A stretch of DNA of 62,870 bases, the filler included, from Craspedostauros australis (lineage: Eukaryota), in NCBI GenBank assembly GCA_030167865.1. It is 14 parts of 14 records of this genome, joined end to end, with 100 filler letters (N's around TTAATTAATTAA, not from the genome) between each part and the next. Parts side by side here need not be neighbours in the genome. Positions count along the whole stretch, not along the records: positions 25,195 to 30,534 come from JALAGF010004514.1; positions 30,635 to 38,659 come from JALAGF010004515.1; 12 more parts are not named here. One strand, given 5' to 3'. A program made the position numbers and the translations under genes. Each line of letters opens with the position of its first letter. Position 1 is the first letter of the stretch. Under the pieces are notes generated by a model. That model worked only from the letters and a program-made list of their open reading frames with translations. It searched no databases and was not told the origin of the DNA. This document shows positions 25,195-36,000 of this stretch, piece by piece.

Positions 25195-26113
25195 AGTCCG
25201 ACCGCAATCGCACCTTTTTCATCTTCCATCCCAAATGACAGGTGGAAGCGCGGGGACTGATTTCCAAACTACCATTTTTTTGCAGCAAAAAGCTGGACCA
25301 TGCTCTTTTTCGAAGAATACAGCAAACACAACATACACAGACGCGTGGAGGAATTGTTGGCAACAGCAAAGGCCCAAGGATGGACCATGACACGAGAGCA
25401 GCGCCTCCAGTTCGACAAGCTCCTGGAACAAACAAACCAGATCAGGCAGTTTGCAGAGAAAGGGTGCAGCAAGTTGAAAATGGGGGAAGTCGCATGGTCG
25501 CCAGAGATACAACGCTCTCAGGACGTGATTCAACTCTGGTCACTTGAGGTGAAGCATCTCCTGGGTGTGAACGTGAACTCCTTGCTTCAACGGCGAGCCA
25601 GAAAGTGGGTAGGCCTCAAGGAAGGCATGAACCTCCAACAAGCACAGCAAGTGTGCTCTGAAGCATACAAGGCCTACTAGAAGCAAAATATAGAGCACAC
25701 GCAAGCAAGGCAAGGTCACCTGGTGCACATGGCAAGACAACGGCATGACTCAAACGAACAGGATTACGAAGCTGCTCTACAAATGCTCCTGAACAGGGAG
25801 AAGCAGCGAGAGCAAGCCGGCTGCCTCAGAGCAGCGTTTGGGCAAGGCAAATTGATGACCACCAAAGTTCTGTTAATGGACAACAAAGGACAGCTGCATG
25901 AATGTAATGAGCAGTACAAGATAGTCACAGCATGCATCCGGGAAAACAAGAAGAGGTTCTCCCAGGTCAACAGCGCCCCCTGTATGATCGGCCAGGGCAA
26001 GCAACTCATGGACCGTATATGGATACCAGAATTTGGACGACAGCTCGTTGAGACGGAGGCACCTATACCAGAGACAATTGACCCCATGATCAGGGTTCTG
26101 TTGGAGTCCCTTG
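25195..26113 (+). mobile_element. Probable non-LTR retrotransposon ORF2 fragment, interrupted by an LTR element
   Basis: GEVAWSPEIQ...W and IVTACIRENKKRFSQ resemble the pre-RT region of diatom LINE-like ORFs; contains an in-frame stop; no catalytic motif visible. Confidence 0.5.
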
Positions 26114-26742
26114 TATCAGCGCAACGCTATATATCTCTAACAGTAGTGACACCCGTCGACCAATCAGAAAATTCCACATTTCTTACTTTTTCCGTTCCGA
26201 ACGGAAATTCTGGTCAAAATTCCGTTGTGTCAATTTTGTGTCGCATTTCGCGTCGCAAGAACCGTTTTCCCGTCAATCCCAGTTCCAACATGTNGCGGAA
26301 ATGAATTTCTTGCCAAGATGAACCACTCTGTCCAATCAGGACAGACTTCGGTCTTGGGTCCGATAAATACGGAACTGTCCCCAACCTTCTTGGGTGAATA
26401 CGATCAATCGTGTGATCGTTCTACTCGCAACATCGTGAGGAGTTGCACCCTACAACACGGCGTATCGCGGTGTTTGTTTTCTGACTTTTGCAAATCTGAA
26501 CCCACNCAGTAACACNCACATTTGTCGTGTTGTCTCCGTGTTATATTCCATCTGCAATTGCATGAGACCTGCAAGTTGCCTCTCATGCTCACAGTTCCAA
26601 GATCTCAATCTTTGGAGCTCGTCAACATACTACCATACGAATAATCACAATAACCAACAACTACCTCACCAACAACAACGATCTGATCTCTCTGCGTTTT
26701 CGGTGCGGTACCCTACGACCCATCTTTGATTTCGTTCTAACA
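26114..26742 (+). repeat. 5' LTR (TA...CA termini, 629 bp)
   Basis: Start defined by identity with the sequence after the PPT; ends TTCTAACA just before the PBS. Confidence 0.85.
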
Positions 26743-26756
26743 GATTAACAGTCGCA
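26743..26756 (+). promoter_or_regulatory. Primer-binding site complementary to the tRNA-Asn(GUU) anticodon arm
   Basis: GATTAACAGTCGCA is the reverse complement of TGCGA-CTGTTAA-TC and lies immediately after the LTR. Confidence 0.7.
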
Positions 26757-27144
26757 AGCTTTCACCTACTGAATTGATTGCGTGACAATCCATCCACCTT
26801 CATTCCTCGTCCATCTACGAGTGATCCCTTCACACTTCCTTCACGTGACGACGTGATTCCGACCTTCCCTTGGCCTTCCTGCATCCGCAGTACCTCTCTC
26901 ATTTGGTTCCCCTGCTGAGATCGGGCCTTCCCATTCAGCACCCCAAGACCTTCCTGCAGCACCTTCCCTCGCCAGACAACGATACAGTCAACATCTTCAG
27001 CTTCCAGCTACCCTTCGGCCTTCTCGCATCCGCAGAACGCCCTCCTTTCGGTTCCTCTGCTGAGTTCGGGCCTTTCCACTCAGCCTTTCAAGACTTCCTG
27101 CAGCACCTTCCCGCACCAGAAGACGATCCAGTCAGTGCATTCCA

Positions 27145-27412
27145 GCTTCAGCTACCCTTCAGCTTGCAGCTACCCTTTGGCTTCCGGCTGCCCTTTGGAT
27201 CCCAGCTACCCTTCAGCTCCCAGCTAACCTTTGGCTTCCGGCTACCCTTCAGCTCCCAGCTACCCTTTGGCTCCCAGCTACCCTTCAGCTCCCAGCTACC
27301 CTTTGGCTCCCAGCTACCCTTTGGCTCCCAGCTACCCTTTGGCTCCCAGCTACCCTTCGGCTCCCAGCTACCCTTCGGCTCCCAGCTACCCTTCAGCTTT
27401 CAGCTATCCTTC
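27145..27412 (+). repeat. 18-bp tandem array (GGCTCCCAGCTACCCTTY) in the element leader
   Basis: About 14 units; reads as FGSQLP or APSYPL repeats in alternative frames. Confidence 0.9.
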
Positions 27413-27470
27413 ATCTTCCTTCATTCCTTCTTCCGTCACCCTTCCTTCCATCATCCATCCGTCACTTATC

Positions 27471-30146
27471 ATGACGACTGCTGAGACGGACCTTGCCACC
27501 TTGGATCATATCCTTGGCATTATTGGCATCCCTTCTGACTCTACCCCTCGCGACATCATCGCTCATGAGGACATTGTCAGCCCTCTTGATCTCATCTCTC
27601 TCACCAAGGATGACCTTTGCAGCTTACATCTCAGCAGCCACACTGATGATGGCAAGCCCTTCAATGCATCCCTCGGCATCCACCACATCCGCAAGATCCT
27701 CAACCTTGGCAAGTGGTACCTCACCCAGGCCATCCTGGGTGACAACACCTGGAACGGTCTCGACCGTACCTCCTTCATGGCCTTCATGGCTGAGCAGAAC
27801 CACCCTTCCCTTTCCTCTTCGTATTCACGTTCGACTTCAAGCTCTTTCATGCCATCTCCAGTGGTCGTGCACAACACTTCCACTTCCGCGTCCGCATTCC
27901 GTCCCGTGCGCCCAGAATCTCCGCGTGTGGACTTCGCCTTCCCCTCCTCGAGCCCTCACCACCTTCCAGGTGGTCGCCAAACCATCATCACTCCTGGTGG
28001 CCACATCATTCCGTTGGCCGTTCGCCAGGGCCTGTCCTACATGGATATGGCCAAGCCCACTCACGGGGAACTCAACAAGTACCCGCATGTCGACTTCACC
28101 GCTGACGACGAGTGGGACCCTTCCTCCCTTGACCGCAAGATGACCCTCAACGACGTCGCCGATGATGACGCCGCAGCACTTCAGCGTCGCGAGAACAACA
28201 ATGCTGTTCTCACAACACAGGCTGATGCCCCCCAGGCCGACATCGCAGACAATCCAGGCAGTGTCATTGCTACATGCAAGCCTGCCAACTACGAGGCTCT
28301 CCGCCGCCACTTCGGCTGGATTCCAGCACATCGCGTCCATGACACCCTTTGGTGCACCTCCCAGCAGCATCGTGCCGATGCGCGCTTCTTCATGCACAAG
28401 CACTTCCAGGATCGGTCCCCTGCCACCCATGTCGATCGTCTCCATGAGACGGTCGGGATGGGTACCCTCTTCTCCGACACTCACAACCGCTTCTGGCTCA
28501 TCTGCACGCCCTATGTGATTGACCCTTTCCATCACATCGCGCAGAACCCCGTTGGCTCCATCACACCCCTCCAGGTTGCCTTCAGTCACAGACCGCACAT
28601 CTCCCAGTTCCTGTCCGACCAATTGTGGCCACCGGTCTACTACCGGGTTGACAACCCTTCCTTCCCCAGCCAGTCCACAGAACACAGTGACTGCTGGGCC
28701 GGTCCCTGTCTCCACAAGGGACACAACCTCACCTTCTGGGTCCTCGCCCATGGGACCCGGGGACTCCTTCCTCGCTCTACCATCCGACCAGCTGTCGGTT
28801 CTTCCACTCGCAGCCTTCGCGCGACCTTTCCCTTCCCCATTGTTGGGGAGGACGATGGCTCTGATGCCATGGATACGGCGACTGGGGAGCCTGACGGCGA
28901 TATCTCCGTCCCTCCCGACCTTGATCCAGTTGTCTACTGTCTCTCGGACTCCATCCTGGCCAACCACCATGGCACAGACCCCGAAACAGTGGGGAATGAA
29001 AAGGTCCACATCCCAAAGTTCTCAACCAAGGATCTGGTTGGGATGGCCTTCATCCACAAGAAGGATGATCAACAGGTCCTCGCAGAGGGTGTGCAGAAGG
29101 TCAATGACCTTGACGCCGCCAACCATCAACGCATCACGATGCTCCTCTCAATGGCAGATGGGGAGATGCACAACTTGGTCTCCTACGTCGAGCTTGCCAG
29201 CATCCTCGAACGCCAACAAGAGCACAGCAATGATCCCGACTCAAATTGGAAGTTCGATTCCATGGTCGGACATGAAGAATCCCTCCCATCTTCCTTCCCC
29301 TTCTACAAGGGTTCCCGATTCAACATCATCATGAAATGGGGAGACGGTTCCACTTCATCCAAGCCTCTCTCCACCATGATCCCAGACAATCCCGTCTCGT
29401 GTACTGCCTATGGCCGCCGCCATGAGCTACTCGACAAGCCTGGCTGGAAGCGCCTCAAGCGCCTTGGCATCCGCATCCACCGTCTCGAGCGCCAGGTCCA
29501 CAAGTCCAAGACCTTCTCTCACGCTCCAACCTTCCAGCTCGGTGTCCCAGTCCCTTGCAATCACAAAGAAGCGATGCGGCTCGACGACAAGAATGGCAAC
29601 ACTCTCTGGGCCGATGCCGAGACGAAGGAGATGAACCAACTCTTCGGGTACCGTACCTTCAAGACCCTTGGGGAGGGTGCCCCGGTACCCTCCGGCTTCC
29701 AGAAGATCCGCCTTCCGTGGGTCCATGCTGTGAAGCATCACCTCCATCACAAGGTGCACTGCGTCGCTGGCAGCCATCTCATCGACCCTTGCAATGATGC
29801 ATCCTATGCAGGCGTGGTCAGTCTTCGCTCCCTACGCCTCCCCCTCCTCGAGATGGGTATTCTGATCGACGACCCCAGCGGGATGCTGGGTGTCAACCAG
29901 TCCGCCATCACCTCCTCCACGGTTCCCAAGAGCATGCTCTCCAAGCATCACAACATCCTGGCCTACCATCAAGCCCGGTTTGCTGTCGCCGCTGGCATCC
30001 TCTTCTTCATCAAGATCCCCGGGTCCCAGAGCGTCGCCAACGGCACGACCAAGGTCCTCCCGTGGGCCGTCTTCTGGCCTCTTGTGAAGCCTATCCCCTT
30101 CTGGAAAGGACACACCGAGTTCTCTTCCCCGACCTACAAGACCTGA
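27471..30146 (+). CDS. Patchwork gag/pol remnant ORF (891 aa)
   Basis: Gag N-terminus, post-protease segment, integrase flanks, chromo-like segment, RT N-terminus and RNase H C-terminus joined in one frame. Confidence 0.8.
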   Translation: MTTAETDLATLDHILGIIGIPSDSTPRDIIAHEDIVSPLDLISLTKDDLCSLHLSSHTDDGKPFNASLGIHHIRKILNLGKWYLTQAILGDNTWNGLDRTSFMAFMAEQNHPSLSSSYSRSTSSSFMPSPVVVHNTSTSASAFRPVRPESPRVDFAFPSSSPHHLPGGRQTIITPGGHIIPLAVRQGLSYMDMAKPTHGELNKYPHVDFTADDEWDPSSLDRKMTLNDVADDDAAALQRRENNNAVLTTQADAPQADIADNPGSVIATCKPANYEALRRHFGWIPAHRVHDTLWCTSQQHRADARFFMHKHFQDRSPATHVDRLHETVGMGTLFSDTHNRFWLICTPYVIDPFHHIAQNPVGSITPLQVAFSHRPHISQFLSDQLWPPVYYRVDNPSFPSQSTEHSDCWAGPCLHKGHNLTFWVLAHGTRGLLPRSTIRPAVGSSTRSLRATFPFPIVGEDDGSDAMDTATGEPDGDISVPPDLDPVVYCLSDSILANHHGTDPETVGNEKVHIPKFSTKDLVGMAFIHKKDDQQVLAEGVQKVNDLDAANHQRITMLLSMADGEMHNLVSYVELASILERQQEHSNDPDSNWKFDSMVGHEESLPSSFPFYKGSRFNIIMKWGDGSTSSKPLSTMIPDNPVSCTAYGRRHELLDKPGWKRLKRLGIRIHRLERQVHKSKTFSHAPTFQLGVPVPCNHKEAMRLDDKNGNTLWADAETKEMNQLFGYRTFKTLGEGAPVPSGFQKIRLPWVHAVKHHLHHKVHCVAGSHLIDPCNDASYAGVVSLRSLRLPLLEMGILIDDPSGMLGVNQSAITSSTVPKSMLSKHHNILAYHQARFAVAAGILFFIKIPGSQSVANGTTKVLPWAVFWPLVKPIPFWKGHTEFSSPTYKT

Positions 30147-30170
30147 ATGTCCGGGACACGCTTTGGGGAG

Positions 30171-30534
30171 TATCAGCGCAACGCTATATATCTCTAACAG
30201 TAGTGACACCCGTCGACCAATCAGAAAATTCCACATTTCTTACTTTTTCCGTTCCGAACGGAAATTCTGGTCAAAATTCCGTTGTGTCAATTTTGTGTCG
30301 CATTTCGCGTCGCAAGAACCGTTTTCCCGTCAATCCCAGTTCCAACATGTNGCGGAAATGAATTTCTTGCCAAGATGAACCACTCTGTCCAATCAGGACA
30401 GACTTCGGTCTTGGGTCCGATAAATACGGAACTGTCCCCAACCTTCTTGGGTGAATACGATCAATCGTGTGATCGTTCTACTCGCAACATCGTGAGGAGT
30501 TGCACCCTACAACACGGCGTATCGCGGTGTTTGT
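30171..30534 (+). repeat. 3' LTR, truncated by the contig end
   Basis: Identical to 26114-26477. Confidence 0.9.
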
Positions 30535-30634
30535 NNNNNNNNNNNNNNNNNNNNNNNNNNNNNNNNNNNNNNNNNNNNTTAATTAATTAANNNNNNNNNN
30601 NNNNNNNNNNNNNNNNNNNNNNNNNNNNNNNNNN

Positions 30635-32088
30635 CGATCCGCCGCCACCTTCTGTCGCGATTGCGCACAAAAGTCGATGACTGTGGTGTAGGTGTAGATG
30701 TCGGGTTTCATGGAATGGTGCAGCGCGTTCTTTTGCTTCTTGCTGCGGTACAATTCCTGCAGCTCTTTGAGGATGAGCTCGGCACGTCTGGGAGCGTCCT
30801 TGCTGGGCGCGTGATCTGTGCCACGACGCGCCGACGGCTTCACCATGGATCGTGACCAGGCTGAGAGGACGGTGTTGTAGCTGATGAGACATGGCTGCAC
30901 GCCGCACTCTTCGGTCTTCATGCGCTGCAGCAGGGCATCGGCACGTTCGCCGGCATCCAACCGTCCCGACTTGGCCCAACAGCTCAGCACACTGTTATAG
31001 GTGACGATATCGGGTTTCACCTCGGGGCTGGGATGATTTTCCATCAGCGTCAGCAACGCCTGTGCTCGTTCCGGTATTCTAGACGACGGTGAAGAGCTTT
31101 CGGCTTGCGGGCTGTTGGAGAATGCGCTGATAACGGCGTTGTACGTGATCGGATCCGGTTGGACGGTGGCTTCGTCGCCATCGCCGTTGCGAGTGCCAGC
31201 ACTATCGCCCAGCGGTTTGGATTCCTGAATCATGTCGTCCAGAATGGCCTCTGCCGTATCATAGTCCCCAATCTGCGCCAAACAGTGAATGACGGAGTTG
31301 TACGTGACGACGCTGGGCTTCATGTGCGTTGCGGTCGACGTCGCCGAGAAGAATTGCATCTCATGCAGCAGTTCCATGACGCGCTTGATGGACGGCTTGC
31401 CATCTTTGTAGAACGTCGGTATCATCATGGCACCACTGTTGGAGAGCGGAGTCGCCTGTGCCGTTGCCAACGCTTCATCGTTGGCATTGTCCACAGCCTC
31501 GTTATTCTGCGCATCGTCATCGCCACGCGCAATCCGCCCACCCGCTCTCTGGTATTCATACGTCTCGCGCTGCTGCAGCGCTTCGGCGTCGCCAAATTGA
31601 TGGTTGCGCCGCAAGAAGAGCAGCTGCTTGGCATGCGCATTGATGACGGAATTGTAGGCAAACTCCGTCGGCGGTCCGTCCATCAAGATGCCAGCCTTGT
31701 AATCCAACCACATGCGCCGCAGCAGGGATTCGGAGCGCTTGACAATGTCGGGACTCGCCGACTTCGCGTAGGCCTGGAACGTCATGGTGTAGGCCTTGAG
31801 GTTGGGTCGCTGATCGGGCGATGCGCGCATTGCATTCAGAATGGACTCAGCTTGCTGCGGATCGCCATTTTGGCTGGCCTGGAACAGTTCGCTCCAGCAC
31901 GAGGATTCGTCCTCCTGCGACGATGCCACAGAAGCCTCGGCGGTTGCCTCGGGTTGCACGGAGAGCGCCACGAGAGAGCTGCGCGATGAGATCTTGGAAC
32001 CAGCATCATTGAGGAATCCAAATGCCGATGCTGCGAACAGCAACGGAACGACGCACGCGATGCTCGTTTTGCTGGTCATTGTGCTCAT
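30635..32088 (-). CDS. Pentatricopeptide-repeat protein, probably plastid-targeted, 3' truncated
   Basis: PPR motifs (KPSVVTYNSVI, QPDPITYNAVI, KPDIVTYNSVL, KPDIYTYTTVI); signal peptide with an ASA-F cleavage motif. Confidence 0.92.
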
Positions 32089-32155
32089 GCGGAGGCTCCC
32101 TTTCAGCGCGCCTGCGATTGATCTGCTCTGTCAGCTGAGCTGAACTAAACTGAGT

Positions 32156-32179
32156 TGGATTGGATTGGATTGGATTGGA
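32156..32179. repeat. (GGATT)n microsatellite upstream of the PPR start
   Basis: Direct observation. Confidence 0.8.
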
Positions 32180-33015
32180 TAAAGGCGAGCCGAGCTGAGT
32201 TCAGGTTTGGTCGAGATGAATCAACGAGCCAAGGGTATTGGACGAAGGAGGATGACAAGCATGTGCTCTCCTCAGATTGGTGTTGTTGGAAGTTGTGGTT
32301 GAAGTTGTTGTCGTGTGGCGGGAGTTGCGGTTGGAGGATCCAGTCAACACGGAGGTGTGTGTTGGTGGTGGCGATCTCCATCGTTGTGTTCCACTCGTGA
32401 CGTCAATAGTTGATCAAACCAGTCGAACACATGAGTCCACAACAGTCGTGCATAGTTTGCATCGCTTTTCTTTTTCCGCTGAGCGCTTCACAAAATGCTG
32501 CGCCAACATCAACACATGACCGCCATCGACGACTTGTCGTCCGGAAGTACTAGCATGGCACCACACTATGCATACACGTACTTGAATACGTTGTAGAAGG
32601 CGGGGATAGACATCCCACAAAAGGCTCTACTGGATACCAATAGTGGCATGCAATAGCCAGTGCTTGGTTAGCAGGCGGACAAGCAAGCACCAACGTCGAC
32701 GAGGTGGTACTCTCTCAGAGATCATAACATACTCGTACAATAGATTGCTGAGGGTGAACTTCACGACTGCCGACAGCCATCCGGAATCTTCAGCTTGCAT
32801 CCCTACTTATGATTCTATGATCTATTATTATGTATTACATTTTTACAATGTATTCAACTCTATTCTCTAATGCGTTGCTCGTGTGCAACCAGAAAATTCC
32901 AAAATCCGTGCTGATCGTGATTGCTGAGCAACGCTGCACGTACGCGCGCCCTATCTCTACTTCGTCCTCCTGTGTGCCATCATCTGCGTCATGGTACCAA
33001 CAGCAGTCGCTCGTC

Positions 33016-36000
33016 TCACGACTGTTGCAACGATGCCAGGTACTCTGCCAACTCGGTGTGTCCTTGCATTGCAGCAACATCCTGCGGTCTCAAACCAAAC
33101 CGATTGCGGACGCTCGTGTCCACTTCGACATCAGGCGTGTCAAGCCAATCACGTACCGTCTTTAGACGCCCGTACCAGCACAAAACGTGCAAAGGCGTAT
33201 TGCCATCCACATCGGCAATGTTCACATCTGCGTGAGCTCTTTCCAACAATTCGTCGATGACGAATTCGTAAGCGCCATTGCCGGTCACGAACATTGTGCA
33301 CGCGATGAACAGCGGAGTTTCGCGTTTCATGTTGGTCAGGTTGGGATTGGTCTGTTCCATCTCGAACAAGATGTCGAGAATATCCCAGTGCCCGCTCTGG
33401 CCATCGCCGTAGTTTTGGACTGTAAGATGCAATGGGGAGTTTCCTTCACTGTTTTGGACATTCACGTCCACGCCTGCGATCTCGGTCAAATGACCCGCCA
33501 CATCATCGTGTCCGCCAGCGCACGCAAAGTGCAGCGGGGTGTGTCCGAGAGCATCTTGCAAGTTGACGTTGGCATTTGGCAGCGTGAGCAGGCCGTTCAC
33601 CACTTCAACGTGCCCACCAGCGGCGGCAGCGTGTATAAGCGTGCTTGCGTTACTGTACCGAGCATCAATTTGGAGGTTGGGTTGTGCGATGAGATATTCG
33701 ATCACAAAAAGATGTCCGTAGGTGTAGGCAAGGAGCAGCGGTGTGCAGCCTTGTTGGTCTTGGATGTTGATATCAGCCTGTGCCTCTTCAACCAGATGTT
33801 TCACCACTTCAAAGCGTCCACCTGCGCACGCAAAGTGCAGCGGAGTTTGGCCAGCGGTGTTGAGGATGTTGACGCCGGTATTGGTCTGTCCACTCAAGTA
33901 TTGCACCACCTCAAGATGCCCTTTCATGCTCGCAAAATGCAATGGGGTTTGGCCAGCGCTGTTGGGAGTGTCGGTACGCGCTCTCCACACGTCCACCAGA
34001 TACCGAATGCCATCAGCATGCGTGCAATCTGCAGCGCACATGAGATGCAGTGGCGTATTGCCCTCGTTGTCCTGCTGATTGACATCGAGTTTCTCTTCCG
34101 CCAGAAGATGCTGGATGATGGCATGATGCTGCGCATCTCCATCATCCGAGAATCTTTGTTTGCTGCAGGCAACGTGCAACAGCGTTTGGCCAGCATTATT
34201 CCGAACATCCATTCGGATGCCCTCCCTATCAGCCAGGTACTTGAACATCTCGAAGTGTCCGTCCTTGACGATGATGTGCAATGGAGTGTTACCGTCATTG
34301 TCCGCGACATTGACATCCGCGTATGCTTCCACGAGTCCTCTGATGAAGATGGCGTACCCACTCTCGGGTGTGTACTGCTTGCATACTTCCATCAGCGGCG
34401 TTTGATGATGGTGATTGGGGATGTTGACATCGATTTGTGGATGTCGGAAGAGCATGTTGAATACCCCCCAATGGCCGTCGACGAATCCCGGATCATGCTC
34501 TCGGCAGGCAAGATACAAGGGGGTATTCCCATCATTGTCTTGAGCGTTGATGTTGATATTGATGTTGGTGTTGGTGATGCCGATCAAGTACTGTACGATC
34601 TCGCCTCGTCCAAATTGCGCGGCGCAATGGAGTCCAGTTCTGCCATCCTTGGTCGTGAGACCAGGATTGAAGCCAACAGACTCGATGAGATGCTGAACGG
34701 TCTCTGTATTTTCAAGTTGGCACGCATGGTGCAGCGGCGTGTTCTCATATTGTATATTGATGCCGTCACCAAGCGGACCTGTCAAGTACTCAACCACGTC
34801 CTTGTGTCTGTGTTGGCAAGCGAGGTCAAGGGGGGCATGACCAAGCTCAGATTTGATGTTGATGAGGGTGTTGACAGCCTCCAGGTTGGATTCCACGAGG
34901 AGTTTGACCACAAACATGTGACCTTGCTGACATACAATGTGCAATGGCGTGCGTCCATCATCGTTGGCGATGGTCATGTCAACCTTCGTGCCCAATCCCA
35001 TCAAATATCGAATCGCCTCGATATTTCCAAACCAACAGGCGCGGTACAGTCCTGTCTCGCCTTTATTGTTGCGGGCGTTGACATCGATGTTGGTGTTCTC
35101 TGATTCCACCAAGCATTGAACGACATTGCCTTGTGTAGAACTGCACGCATCATGGAATGGTGTGTTTCCATTGTTTGCGTTTCTGACGTTGACACTGGCG
35201 TGGACGTTTGCTTGCTTTGATTGTACAAAACATTGAACCACTTTGGCGTGTTGGTGTTGGCAAGCAACATGGAGTGCTGTGTCGCCATCTGAGTTACGAG
35301 CGGTGGCATCAATGTTGATCCGATTAGACTTCACCAAGTACTCTACCACTCCCTCCTGGCCAAAGCGGCACGCTAGATGAAGTGGAGAGTCTCCATCGTG
35401 GTCTTGCAAGTTTGGATCTACGTCGTTGCGATCCGATTCCATGAGGCACTTCAGCACAGCTTGACGACCATTGCCACAGGCAAGATGGATTGGTGTGCAT
35501 CCGCTGTTGTTGAGGATGCTGAAATTGATTCTGCCGTCCAGATCCGACTTGATCATGCATTCAACGACACCGAGTTGTCCGTATCGGCATGCCAGATGCG
35601 GTGGCGAATCACCCTTCGCGTTTCTGACGTTGAACTTGATGACGCCCTCACCAAACCCAAACATATATTCGACGACCTCCTTGTGCCCATACTGGCACGC
35701 ATAATGGAGCGGTGCGCAGCCAGCTTCGTCTTGCTTGTTGATGTCGATGTGAATCTGCTTGGATGGTATGAAACGATAGACGATGTTCGTCTGCCCATGT
35801 CGGCAGGCCACATGCAACGGTTTGTTTTGCTCGAAATCAATCCCAGCCCTATCTGATGTGACGAGATACTCGGCAAGATCTGCGTCCCCGTTCTTGCAAG
35901 CAGTCTCGAGCGGCATGTAACCCTGATAGTTTCGTATGTTGAGATTAACATGGGCTTGATCGGATTCCACCATGTATTCCACAATGTCCCTTTTTCGCTT

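Larger units (their letters stand above)
26114..30534 (+). mobile_element. Internally deleted (non-autonomous) CoDi-type LTR retrotransposon
   Basis: 5' LTR 26114-26742, PBS, single ORF, PPT GGGGAG 30165-30170, and 3' LTR from 30171 identical over the visible 364 bp. Confidence 0.93.

Noticed and set aside
26870..27484. FGSQLP-repeat protein resembling an FG nucleoporin
   Set aside because: Translation of the 18-bp leader array; no ATG start.
33187..35103. 638-aa plus-strand ORF and similar long antisense ORFs (27837-29009, 60699-61769, 6808-7674)
   Set aside because: Antisense shadows of real coding frames with biased codon use; no recognisable motifs.
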